From Pseudomonadota bacterium (GTDB lineage: Bacteria > Pseudomonadota > Gammaproteobacteria > Burkholderiales > Burkholderiaceae_C), in assembly GCA_021846965.1 (NCBI GenBank), contig JAJZWA010000011.1, positions 244 to 64,243 of the forward strand: a stretch of DNA of 64,000 nucleotides, in the 5' to 3' direction. The notes beneath the pieces are model-generated. The model did not search any database, was not told where the DNA came from, and saw nothing but the letters and a program-made list of their open reading frames with translations. This document shows, in pieces, positions 18,931 to 28,275 of this stretch. Numbering within the stretch: position 1 is the stretch's first letter; every line of letters begins with the position of its first letter. The position numbers and the translations under genes are program-made.

Positions 18931-21900
18931 TCAGGCCCCGGCTTCCAGGCGCGAGAGCAGCCATTGGCCGTGGGCTTCGTGCAGCGCCTGGCGTGCGGAA
19001 GCCGGCACCGCCGGCGCCTGCTCGTAATAGCGATAGATCTCGCTGCCCTGCTCGGAGGACTGCCGCAGGAAATCGAGCAGCGCGGTTCGCGCCGCGCGCC
19101 GCGCCGGATGCATGCGCCCGGGCGCAAGGAGCCAATGGTGGGCCAGCGCGCCCAGGAAGGTCGACACCGCCTGGCCGCGCCGGGGCAGGGAAAAATCCGC
19201 CCGCCATTGCGCGAAGGCGCCGGCCGGCATCGGCCGGGTGAAGGCATAGCCCTGCGCCCAGCGCGCTCCCAGGATGCGCACCACCTCCTGGATGCCCTGG
19301 TCCTCCACCCCCTCCACGATCACCGTGCGGCGCAGGTCGTTGGCCAGTTGCACGATGGAGCGAATCACGCCGAAGGTCTGCAGCGGCAGGTGCCGCAGGG
19401 TGGAGATCAGCCCCTGGTCGATCTTGATGGTGTCGAAGGGCAGCACCGAAAGACGCTGCAGGCTGCTGTAGCCGGCGCCCAGGTCGTCCATCGCCAGGCC
19501 GACGCCGATGTCGCGCAGGGCATCGATGGCGCGGGTCTGCTCGGCGCTGTCGAGGGTCTGCGACTCCAGCAGCTCGAGGCTGATGCGCGAGGCTTCGACG
19601 CCATGCCGCCGCAGGGTCTCGCGCACCCACTGGGGGCATTGCGGGTCCAGCAGCGTGGAGGGTGCCAGGTTCAGCGCCACCCCCATGCGCAGTCCCTCGG
19701 CATCCCAGCCGCGCAGCAGGGAGCAGACCTGATCGAGGCCGCTGCGGAACAGGTGGTCGAGCTCGGCGTCGCCGAGGATGGGCAGGAAGGCGCCCGGCGC
19801 CAGCACGCGCCCGTCGGGCAGCATCAGGCGCGCCAGCGCCTCGACCCGCTCGCAACGCCCGTCCAGCAGGTTGACCACCGGCTGCACGTACATGCGCAGG
19901 CCATGACCGAACAGGCTCTCGCGGCAGGCATTGGCCGCGTCCTGCGGGATGATTCCACCAGGCAGGGGCACGCGGCTGGCCTGCCACACGCGCCCGGCGT
20001 GTTGCTGCAGCGCCTTGACCGTCTGCTGCATCCAGGCGGAATCGAACTGGTGGGGATAGGCCCCGTACAGGGCCAGCACGAAACTCGGCTTGCCCTGCGT
20101 GTCCAGCACCGCGAGCGTGACCGCGCTGCGCACGCCCAGCGCCAGCATCGGCGCACGCCACTGCGCGACGCGTTCGTCGCGCGCATAGGAGGCGATGCGC
20201 TGGATGGTGGCGCCGCGCCAGGCCAGCGCGATGGGCCCGCGGCCGGTGAGCTCGCCGGGATCCAGCCGCGCCGTGTAGCGCGCGTCGCCCAGGATGCCCG
20301 AGACTTCGTCCGCGCGAGGGCCGCTGGCGGCCTCCACGGCGAACTCATTGCTGGCATTCGGGCGCAAGACCTCGCAAGCAACGATGCCGGGCAAGGCACC
20401 GATGGGCACGATCAGGTCGCGCAGCGCGTCGCGCCAGAGCGAACCGGCCGGCACCGCGTGGCCGACCAGCACGTTCTGGTAGGCGCGCACCGTGGAGGAC
20501 ATGCCGCGCAATTCGTGCTGCAGATCCTCCTGCAGCCTGTCCTCGATGACCCGCAGGATCTCCCGCCGCGTGGCCGCGGGAATGCGCGCCGCGCCCAGCC
20601 CTTCGATCACCTGCTGCCGAAAGGCCGCCATCTGGCGCACCAGCAGGCTGGGCTCGATACCCATGAGCGCCTGCTTGACCCCCACGCGCTCCGAGCGCTG
20701 CGCCAGTTCCTCGCGCGTGCGCGAGGGATCGAGCAGCTGATGCAGATGTCTGGCGTGCACGTCGCGTATGGCATCGAGCTCCTGGTCGGACAGCAGATGC
20801 ACCATCGGGGCGGCATCGTCATCGCGCGCCACCTGGGTGTAGAAGTCGCGCAGGAATCCGTCGATGGCCTGCGTGATCTGCCCGGCAAGCTCGCCGAGCA
20901 ATGCGCATGCCCGAGGTCCATGGGGGTCGGGGCGCAGGTCCTGCGACTCGTCGCCCGCGGAGCGCGCGCCCAGCTGCCACCAGCGCACACGGTCGGCCTT
21001 GCGCGCCTTCGCCTGGTACAGCGCCGCATCAGCCTTGCGCAGCAGGGAGTCGGCGTCGGACCCGTCGGCCGGGAAGACGGCCAGGCCCATGGTCATGCCC
21101 ACCGCGGCCTGAGCACCCGAGGCGAGGGCGAAGCTGCGCTCCACCGCGGTGTGCAGCCGGCGCATGACGGCATCGAGCTCGCGCAGCAGCGCCGGCTCGC
21201 TCAGATCCTCGACCACCACCACGAACTCGTCGCCGCCCAGGCGCGCCAGGAAATCCGATTCGCGCAACAGGCCGCGCATGCGCGCCGCGAACTCGCGCAG
21301 CAGCATGTCCCCGGCCTCATGCCCGTAGAGGTCGTTGACCGGCTTGAAATCGTCGAGGTCCAGAATGCCCACGGCCAGCACCGCCTCGCGCCTGCGCGCG
21401 CGCTCCAGCGCGCCTGGCAGGTGCTGCTCGAGCGCGCGGCGGTTGGGAAGCGCGCTCAGCGGATCGTGCAAGGCTTCGTAGCGCAGGCGCCGTTGCAGGC
21501 GTGCGCGCTCGGTCACGTCCTGCAGGGTCCACACGAACAAGGTGCCGTCGCCGTCGGCGGGCAATCCGAGCGAGCCGTCGCACAGCACTTCCTGGCCGTC
21601 ACGGCGCAGCAGGCGCATGTCCATGACCGAGACGGGCCCCCGCGCAGCGACCTGCGCGTACAGCCTTCCGACGCGTTCGTACTCCGCGTCGTCGGCGAAG
21701 AATCTGCGCCCCGGCTGGCCCTCGACGCTGGCGGGTCCGTCGAAGCCCAGGAGCTGCGCGAAGCGCTGGTTGGCCGAGAGCACCACGCGATCGCGCACCA
21801 TGATGATGCCGGCCAGCGTGTTGTCCAGGAGCGTGCGCTGGATGCCGGCCAGCTCCCGCTCGCGCCGCTGCGCCTCCAGGCGGTCGAGCCCGCGCGCGAT

Positions 21901-22803
21901 GTTCGCCGCCAGCTCGCCCATCAGGCCCTGCATGTCCGGAGAACAGGGTTCGACCTCGGCATGCATCGCGCCCAACACCCCCCAGGTCCGGCCGGAGCGC
22001 AGGATGGGAGCCGTGACGCGCTGCTCCTTGCGGCTGCGCAGCGTGTCATCCCCGGCGCAAGCCAGGACGTCGGCGCAGGCATCGGCGTCGGGGCGCGCCA
22101 CGTAGGCCAGCGCCAGGCCGCCGCGGTGCACCGCGATGTCGCAGACCGCCTGCAGCAAGCCGCCGGGCTCGCTCGCCACGGCGATGGCCTCCGAAGCCTG
22201 CGCGAGCATGGCGTTGAAATCGACGGCGCGTTGCAATTGGCGCCGCGTGAGCTCGAGGCGGCATGCCGTCTGCCGTGCCTGCAGCGCATGGCTGGCCTGG
22301 TCGGCCAGCGCCTGCAAGGTCTGGCGCTGCGTGGGCGAGAGCCGGCGGGGCCGGAAATCCAGCACGCACAGCGTGCCCACCTGGAGACCCTCGCTGCTGC
22401 ACAGCGCGGCGCCAGCGTAAAAACGCAGGCCGGGGGAGCGCAGCACCAGAGGGTTGTCGGCGAAGCGCGGGTCGGCGCTCGCGTCGGGCACCTCCAGCCA
22501 GCCCTCGCCGGCGATGGTGTGCGCGCACAGTGACTCCTCGCGCGGCGTCTCCCGCGGGGCTTCCGCCGGATCCAGGCCCACCAGGGCCTTGAACCACTGG
22601 CGCCTGGCGTCGATCAGCGAAACCGCGGCGACCGGCATGTCCAGCACGCGGGCCGCACAGGCCGCGAGCTGGTCGAATACCGGCTCCGGGGGCGTGTCCA
22701 GCACACCGAGCTTCGCCAGCGCCTCCAGTCGCTCGCCTTCGCGCTCGGGCATCGGGGCAGGCATCCGGGCTGGGGAATGATGCGCGTGCTGCGTCGAATT
22801 CAA
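18931..22803 (-). CDS. Multi-domain c-di-GMP enzyme: GAF-GAF-PAS-GGDEF-globin-like-GAF-EAL
   Basis: GAF (ERLEAL...[10 protein letters not shown]...LRFYAGAAL...GTLCVLD), PAS, intact RESD-x5-GGDEF (I-site and A-site), a globin-like segment (DFYTQV...[13 protein letters not shown]), GAF, and EAL ([28 protein letters not shown]). The start is uncertain: TTG at 22803 has a GGAG 6 nt upstream; alternatives are ATG 22764 and the ORF-track start 22962. Confidence 0.9.
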   Translation of the reverse strand: MNSTQHAHHSPARMPAPMPEREGERLEALAKLGVLDTPPEPVFDQLAACAARVLDMPVAAVSLIDARRQWFKALVGLDPAEAPRETPREESLCAHTIAGEGWLEVPDASADPRFADNPLVLRSPGLRFYAGAALCSSEGLQVGTLCVLDFRPRRLSPTQRQTLQALADQASHALQARQTACRLELTRRQLQRAVDFNAMLAQASEAIAVASEPGGLLQAVCDIAVHRGGLALAYVARPDADACADVLACAGDDTLRSRKEQRVTAPILRSGRTWGVLGAMHAEVEPCSPDMQGLMGELAANIARGLDRLEAQRRERELAGIQRTLLDNTLAGIIMVRDRVVLSANQRFAQLLGFDGPASVEGQPGRRFFADDAEYERVGRLYAQVAARGPVSVMDMRLLRRDGQEVLCDGSLGLPADGDGTLFVWTLQDVTERARLQRRLRYEALHDPLSALPNRRALEQHLPGALERARRREAVLAVGILDLDDFKPVNDLYGHEAGDMLLREFAARMRGLLRESDFLARLGGDEFVVVVEDLSEPALLRELDAVMRRLHTAVERSFALASGAQAAVGMTMGLAVFPADGSDADSLLRKADAALYQAKARKADRVRWWQLGARSAGDESQDLRPDPHGPRACALLGELAGQITQAIDGFLRDFYTQVARDDDAAPMVHLLSDQELDAIRDVHARHLHQLLDPSRTREELAQRSERVGVKQALMGIEPSLLVRQMAAFRQQVIEGLGAARIPAATRREILRVIEDRLQEDLQHELRGMSSTVRAYQNVLVGHAVPAGSLWRDALRDLIVPIGALPGIVACEVLRPNASNEFAVEAASGPRADEVSGILGDARYTARLDPGELTGRGPIALAWRGATIQRIASYARDERVAQWRAPMLALGVRSAVTLAVLDTQGKPSFVLALYGAYPHQFDSAWMQQTVKALQQHAGRVWQASRVPLPGGIIPQDAANACRESLFGHGLRMYVQPVVNLLDGRCERVEALARLMLPDGRVLAPGAFLPILGDAELDHLFRSGLDQVCSLLRGWDAEGLRMGVALNLAPSTLLDPQCPQWVRETLRRHGVEASRISLELLESQTLDSAEQTRAIDALRDIGVGLAMDDLGAGYSSLQRLSVLPFDTIKIDQGLISTLRHLPLQTFGVIRSIVQLANDLRRTVIVEGVEDQGIQEVVRILGARWAQGYAFTRPMPAGAFAQWRADFSLPRRGQAVSTFLGALAHHWLLAPGRMHPARRAARTALLDFLRQSSEQGSEIYRYYEQAPAVPASARQALHEAHGQWLLSRLEAGA

Positions 22804-23056
22804 CGAGATCTCCCGCGTCAACGACAACAACCCCGTGGCACGAAAAGACCGTACCACTTTGTGCACAATCATCGCACGGCTACACGAGGATTTCACCTCA
22901 TGGCTGCCAGTTGCGTCCCCACGAGCCTGCGCAGCACGCAATTCCCGGGCCACTTCCGGCATCGCGCGGACTCATCCACAATGCGCGAATGAGTGGAAGC
23001 CGCCCGATGACTCGGGTTTACCCGCAGCCGAACTCCGTTCCCGACCCCAGCGATCC

Positions 23057-25174
23057 ATGGCCCTGCAGCGCGCACATGCCTGGCTGATGTCCCTGCGCGA
23101 CGGCTTTGTCGCGCTGCTGCCGCTGACCTTCCTGCGCGTGCTGGCCGTGCTGGCGGGCTCCTTTCCACTCCCCGCGTACCAGGCCGCGATGCGCCAGGCC
23201 TTCGGGCCCGACTGGCACACGCGCCTGGACCATGCCAACATGGCCTTCCTGGGCATTTTCGGCATCGCGCTGTGCGCGGTGAGCGCGGTGCAGCTGGCCC
23301 ACCGGCTTCCCGCTCCCGGCGGCCTGGCCGGGCGCCAGCCACCCCTGATGGTGGCCATCTGCGCGATCGTCAATTTCGTCGTGGTGTCGGCGGTGCTTCA
23401 CGGTGGAGTGGTGAACTTCGGCTTCGGCAGCATGTTCCTGGGACTCCTGATCGGCGTGGCCACGGTGGAGCTGCTGCGCCTGGCCGAGCGTTGGCGCCTG
23501 ATGGACCTGATCCGGCTGCCCTACGACACCGAGGCCTCGCTGTACCACGCACTGCGCCTGAGCCCGGCCATGGTGGCCATCGGACTGCTGATGTTCGCCG
23601 CGGCCCAGGCCTGGACCCGCCTGCCGGGGCTGGGCGCGCATCCCCTGGAGCCGCTGGTGGCCTGGGCGCAGGCACGCCAGGCAGGAGCCTGGGTGCTCGG
23701 CGTGGTCGCTGCCCTGATCAACCAGTCGTTGTGGTTCATCGGCCTGCATGGAACCATGGCCATGGACGCCTACGTTTCGCCGGATCTGTTCGCGCCGGAC
23801 GGCGCCGCCTACACGGCCACGCTGGCCTGGAGGCCGATGTTCAATGGCTTCGTGATGCTCGGCGGATCGGGGGCCACGCTGGGCCTGCTGCTGGCCATAG
23901 CCATCGGCTCGCGCGACCGCGCCCAGCGCGGCATCGCCAAGCTCGCGCTGCTGCCCTCGCTGTTCAACATCAACGACATCCTGCTGTACGGCCTGCCGCT
24001 GGTGCTCAACCCCCTGTACCTGCTGCCTTTCCTGGGCGTTCCCGTGCTGCTCACCCTGCTCGTGGTGGGCGCCACGCAAGGGGGCTGGGTGCACATGCAG
24101 GACCCCGGCCTGGTCTGGACCACCCCGGCCTTGCTGTCGGGCTGGCTGCTCACGGGATCCTGGCGCGGGGTGGCGCTGCAATTGCTGGAGATCGCGCTGG
24201 GGGCTGCCTGCTACCTGCCTTTCGTGCGCCGTGCGGACGCGCGACTGCGCCAGTCGCGCGCGCAGGCCTTCGAGTCGGCCAAGCGCGAGATCCTGGCCAC
24301 CGGCAGCGACACGCCTGCGTCGGCCTGGCACGGCCAGTCGCGCATGATCGCCCGCGGACTGCTCGACGAGCTGCGATCGGCACTGGCACGCAATCAGCTT
24401 TGGCTGGCCTTCCAGCCCATGCATGACCGCGCGGGATGGACGGTGGGTGCCGAGGCCCTGCTGCGCTGGGATCACCCCCGCCACGGCCCGGTGCCGGCCG
24501 CGCTGATCGTGCGCCTGGCCGAACAGAGCGGCGACATGCTTCGCCTGGGAGGCTGGGTGCTGGAGCAGGCCTGCGCCGCGAAGGCGCGCTGGAACCAGGC
24601 CGGATATCGCGACCTCACCATGGCGGTCAACCTGTCTCCGCTGCAGCTGACCGACCCGCTGCTGGCGCAGCATGTGCAGCGTTGCCTGCAGCGCCATGGC
24701 CTGGCCCCCGAGGAAATCGAGCTGGAGATCACGGAAACCGTCGCACTGCCCGACGGCCAGGTGGTGGACCATGTGCTGGGTGAACTCGAACGCACGGGCG
24801 TGCGCCTGGCCATCGACGACTTCGGCATGGGTTCGTCCTCGCTGCTGTACCTGCGACGCTTCGACGTGCACGCCATCAAGATCGACGGCTCGCTCACGCG
24901 CGACCTGCTGGACAATCCGACCAACGCGGACATCATCCGCACCATCGTGATGCTCGGACGCACGCGCAACGTGCAGGTCGTGGCGGAGTTCGTCGAGACC
25001 GTGCAGCAGCGCCGGGCGCTCGAGGCCATGGGCTGCGATGTGTTCCAGGGCTGGTACCACAGCGCCCCGCTCGACGAAGCGCGATGCCTGGAGTACTTTG
25101 CCGCCAGCGTCGAGCGCATGCGCAGGTCCGGCGTGCCCAGCCAGCAGGACATGACGGTCGAACTGTTGCGCTGA
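23057..25174 (+). CDS. PTS EIIC (cellobiose/ChbC-like) membrane domain fused to an EAL phosphodiesterase
   Basis: SLRDGFVALLP, WFIGLHG, GGSGATLGL and PSLFNINDILLYGLPLVLNP (EIIC), then AEALLRW, VNLSP, ELEITE, IDDFGMG, IKID, AEFVET and QGW (EAL). The start is uncertain. Confidence 0.9.
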   Translation: MALQRAHAWLMSLRDGFVALLPLTFLRVLAVLAGSFPLPAYQAAMRQAFGPDWHTRLDHANMAFLGIFGIALCAVSAVQLAHRLPAPGGLAGRQPPLMVAICAIVNFVVVSAVLHGGVVNFGFGSMFLGLLIGVATVELLRLAERWRLMDLIRLPYDTEASLYHALRLSPAMVAIGLLMFAAAQAWTRLPGLGAHPLEPLVAWAQARQAGAWVLGVVAALINQSLWFIGLHGTMAMDAYVSPDLFAPDGAAYTATLAWRPMFNGFVMLGGSGATLGLLLAIAIGSRDRAQRGIAKLALLPSLFNINDILLYGLPLVLNPLYLLPFLGVPVLLTLLVVGATQGGWVHMQDPGLVWTTPALLSGWLLTGSWRGVALQLLEIALGAACYLPFVRRADARLRQSRAQAFESAKREILATGSDTPASAWHGQSRMIARGLLDELRSALARNQLWLAFQPMHDRAGWTVGAEALLRWDHPRHGPVPAALIVRLAEQSGDMLRLGGWVLEQACAAKARWNQAGYRDLTMAVNLSPLQLTDPLLAQHVQRCLQRHGLAPEEIELEITETVALPDGQVVDHVLGELERTGVRLAIDDFGMGSSSLLYLRRFDVHAIKIDGSLTRDLLDNPTNADIIRTIVMLGRTRNVQVVAEFVETVQQRRALEAMGCDVFQGWYHSAPLDEARCLEYFAASVERMRRSGVPSQQDMTVELLR

Positions 25175-25232
25175 ACCGGCGCGCTGAACCGGTGCGCAGA
25201 ACCGGCGCGCTGAACCGGCGCGCTGAACCGGC
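25168..25232. repeat. 13-bp tandem repeat GCGCTGAACCGGC x5 (VNTR)
   Basis: Units at 25168, 25181 (last base T), 25194 (one T>A), 25207 and 25220. It fills the gap between two convergent genes and contains the EAL gene stop codon. Confidence 0.95.
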
Positions 25233-25233
25233 T

Positions 25234-27156
25234 TCAGGCCTGGGCGAGGCGCCGCACGGCATCGCGCAGGGATTCGCAGCTGAGCTCGACGCCGTGCATG
25301 GGCTCGCCCACATGCAGGCCCACGCGATTCAGCCAACCCCGGCGCCAGGGCCGCACCATCGCGACGTTGCGCCCCCGGCGTACCTCGATGCGGCTGAAGA
25401 AGGATCCCCACATATCGGTCAGGGCCATGGGGACCACCGGCACGGCCAGGCCCTCGGCCCGCGCGCGATCCAGGATGCGCAGCACGCCGGGCTTGAATGG
25501 CTGCAGCCGGCCGTCGCGTGTGATCGCGCCTTCCGGGAAGATCGCCAGCAGATCCCCGTCGCGCAGGGTGTGCAGTGCCTGCTCGAAGGCCGCTTCGTAG
25601 ACCTGGGGCTGGCACTCGCGCGGGGCCACCGGAATGGCGCGCGACAGCCGGAACAGCCAGCCGAGCAAGGGGATGCGGAAAATCTCGTGGTCCATCAGGA
25701 AGCGAACCGGGCGCGGACTGGCGGCCATCAGCAGCACGGCGTCGACGAAGCTCACGTGGTTGCACACGAGCACCGCAGGGCCCGACGCCGGGATCGCCGC
25801 CGCCCCATGCACCCGGAAGCGGTACACCAGATGGGTGAGTACCCATGCGACGAAGCGCAGCAGGTACTCGGGCACCAGCAGGAAGATGTAGGCCGCGACG
25901 GCCGCGTTGACCACGCCCATGCACAGGAACACCTGCGGGATCGACCCGCCGAGGGCGAGCAGGCAGGACGCGAAGCCTGCGCTGGCCACCATGAACAAGG
26001 CGTTGAGGATGTTGTTGGCCGCGATGATGCGCGCGCGGTGGGAGGGCTGGGCGCGCAATTGCACCAGCGCGTACATGGGCACGCTGTACAGCCCGGCGCT
26101 CAGGCTCAGCAGCGCCAGGTCGGCCATCACCCGCCAGTTCGGCGCGCCCGCCAGGAAACCGCGCAGGCCCGGCCCCGGGGGCAGCGGCAGCGAGCGCGAG
26201 GCGAAGTACAGATCGATCGCGAACACGCTCATGCCCAGCGCCCCCAGCGGAACCAGGCCGATTTCCACATGGCGTCGCCCCAGGCTCTCGCACAGCAGCG
26301 AGCCCGCACCGATGCCCACCGAGAACACCACCAGCAGCAGCGAGGCCACCTGGACATCGCCGTGCAGCACCTCCCTGGCAAAACTGGGGAACTGGCTCAG
26401 GAACACGGCGCCGAAGAACCACATCCAGCTGATGCCCAGCAGCGAGCGGAACACCACGAGATCGCCGCGCGCCAGGCGCAGGTTGCGCCAGGTCTCGCCG
26501 ATGGGGTTGGCGCTCAGGCGCAGCGCGGGATCGGTGGGCGGCGTGCAGGGAATGCGCCATGCCGCCGCGCGCCCGAGCAGCGCCAGCGCCAGGCAGACCC
26601 AGCCCACCTGCCGCGCACCGGCGGCCGGCACGGCCATCAGCAGGCCTCCGCCCAGGTTGCCGAGCAGGATGGCCACGAAGGTTCCCGTCTCGACCATGGC
26701 GTTGCCGCCGGTGAGCTCGCGTTCGTTCAGATGGGCGGGAAGATAGGCGTACTTGACGGGTCCGAACAGCGTGGAGTGCAGGCCCATGAGGAACACGCAG
26801 GCCAGCAACAGGCCCGCGGCGTGGCGCGCGAAGCCCCACGCGGCCAGCGCCATGATGGCGATCTCCAGGTTCTTGACCCCGCGGATCAGCTGGGCCTTGT
26901 CGAACTTGTCGGCCAGCTGTCCGCTGCTGGCGGAGAACAGCACGAAGGGCGCGATGAACACCGCGCCGATCCACAGGCCCGCGGTACGCGGCGGCAGCCA
27001 CTGCACCTGCAGCTGGTAGGTCAGCAGCACGGTGAACGCGAACTTGAACAGGTTGTCGTTGGCCGCGCCGAGAAACAGGCTCGCGAAAAAGGGGGCGAAT
27101 CGCCGCTGCCCGAGCAGCGCGAACTGGTGGGAGGCTTCCGGGGAAGGCGATGGCAT
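25234..27156 (-). CDS. MFS (LplT-like) - 1-acyl-glycerol-3-phosphate acyltransferase fusion
   Basis: LGAANDNLFK, GQLADKFDK and FGPVKYAYLP (LplT-like MFS); C-terminal NHVSFVD (HxxxxD) and IFPEG (PlsC-type). Confidence 0.9.
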   Translation of the reverse strand: MPSPSPEASHQFALLGQRRFAPFFASLFLGAANDNLFKFAFTVLLTYQLQVQWLPPRTAGLWIGAVFIAPFVLFSASSGQLADKFDKAQLIRGVKNLEIAIMALAAWGFARHAAGLLLACVFLMGLHSTLFGPVKYAYLPAHLNERELTGGNAMVETGTFVAILLGNLGGGLLMAVPAAGARQVGWVCLALALLGRAAAWRIPCTPPTDPALRLSANPIGETWRNLRLARGDLVVFRSLLGISWMWFFGAVFLSQFPSFAREVLHGDVQVASLLLVVFSVGIGAGSLLCESLGRRHVEIGLVPLGALGMSVFAIDLYFASRSLPLPPGPGLRGFLAGAPNWRVMADLALLSLSAGLYSVPMYALVQLRAQPSHRARIIAANNILNALFMVASAGFASCLLALGGSIPQVFLCMGVVNAAVAAYIFLLVPEYLLRFVAWVLTHLVYRFRVHGAAAIPASGPAVLVCNHVSFVDAVLLMAASPRPVRFLMDHEIFRIPLLGWLFRLSRAIPVAPRECQPQVYEAAFEQALHTLRDGDLLAIFPEGAITRDGRLQPFKPGVLRILDRARAEGLAVPVVPMALTDMWGSFFSRIEVRRGRNVAMVRPWRRGWLNRVGLHVGEPMHGVELSCESLRDAVRRLAQA

Positions 27157-27271
27157 CGCGGGCTCCTGGAACGGGACACCCGCGGCACTTTAGCCACAGG
27201 CACCCGACCCTGGAGCCGACGCTGCCAAGGCGCCCTCCTCGCCCCCTGGTGCCCCGGCGCCCGGGCTCGGC

Positions 27272-28135
27272 TCAGCGCAGCGCGCTCAGCGACAGACCCT
27301 GCTTGCGCAGGTTGCTCTGGACCGTGTCGGTCTCGCTGCGCACCTGGGCGTTGTAGTCCTGGGGACGAATGCCGGCCGGAAGGTGTTGCGACAGCACGAA
27401 ATCCGGGCGTGCCTGGGTGTCCACGAACAAGGCAAGCTGGAAGGCCTGCTTCTCATCCAGATGGGCATTGCCCAGGGGCATGTTGCCCTTCACCCAGCGA
27501 GCCAGCTTGCTCACGTTGGCCAGGCCCGCGCCGGCGTTGTAGCTGTCGGGGCCCCACAAGGGCGGAAAGCTTCCGGCCACGCCAGCACCCGTGGCGCCAT
27601 GGCAGGCTGCGCATCGTTCCTTGTACAGCCCGGCGCCGGCGAGGACATCGGCACGACCGGCTGCATGGAGCATCGCCTTGTAGGGATCGGGTGGAGCGGG
27701 CGGCGGCGGCGCCATGATCGGCTTGCCACGGTCCAGCCAGGCGATGTAGGCCGCCATGTCCACCACGACCCGGCTGTCGGTTTCGGGACGCATGCCGTTC
27801 ATGCTGCGCATGAAACAGTTGGCGATGCGATCCTCGAGGGTGATGACGGCGTTCTCGCGTTTCGAGTAGGAGGGATAGCGGCTGGCCGTGAACCGGAAGT
27901 TGCCCGGGTGATCGTTGTCGCCCCCCTCGGTGTGGCAGTTGGCGCAGCTCAGCGCGTTGCCCACGTAGGTCTTCATGTCCGGGTCGGCATCGGGGTTCAT
28001 GATCATCGCGTGACCATGCTGCACGGCCTGGCCCAGCGGGCCGGTGGGCAGGCCCGCCAGCGGGGCCGTCGCGGCGGCGGCCGAGGCCGCGCCCGTGGCC
28101 GCGAGAGCCAGCGCGAGAAGGTGGAACGAACGCAT
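27272..28135 (-). CDS. tsdA: Diheme c-type cytochrome, thiosulfate dehydrogenase (TsdA)-like
   Basis: Signal peptide; two CxxCH motifs (CANCH, CAACH); EDRIANCFMRSMNG with the heme-1 Cys ligand; FPPLWGPDSYNAGAG; NMPLG with the heme-2 Met. Confidence 0.85.
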   Translation of the reverse strand: MRSFHLLALALAATGAASAAAATAPLAGLPTGPLGQAVQHGHAMIMNPDADPDMKTYVGNALSCANCHTEGGDNDHPGNFRFTASRYPSYSKRENAVITLEDRIANCFMRSMNGMRPETDSRVVVDMAAYIAWLDRGKPIMAPPPPAPPDPYKAMLHAAGRADVLAGAGLYKERCAACHGATGAGVAGSFPPLWGPDSYNAGAGLANVSKLARWVKGNMPLGNAHLDEKQAFQLALFVDTQARPDFVLSQHLPAGIRPQDYNAQVRSETDTVQSNLRKQGLSLSALR

Positions 28136-28275
28136 CCGGATGCTCCTGGGCCAAGGATCTGCGACATGCACGCGCCCTGCGCGTGCGAACCCGAAAGTAT
28201 GGTTCAAACTGCTACATTTTCCGTTGATCGACCGCAAGGCTCGCGGAGCAACCCGGCAGCGAAACGTTACTTTTC

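Noticed and set aside
22883-22941. Canonical c-di-GMP-I riboswitch call
   Set aside because: GGGACGCAA precedes rather than follows the GAAA hairpin, and GGCAAA and the receptor stem are not evident. Kept only as a weak structured-leader finding.
25168-25232. Possible CRISPR array
   Set aside because: The 13-bp units are contiguous with no spacers, and there are no cas genes.
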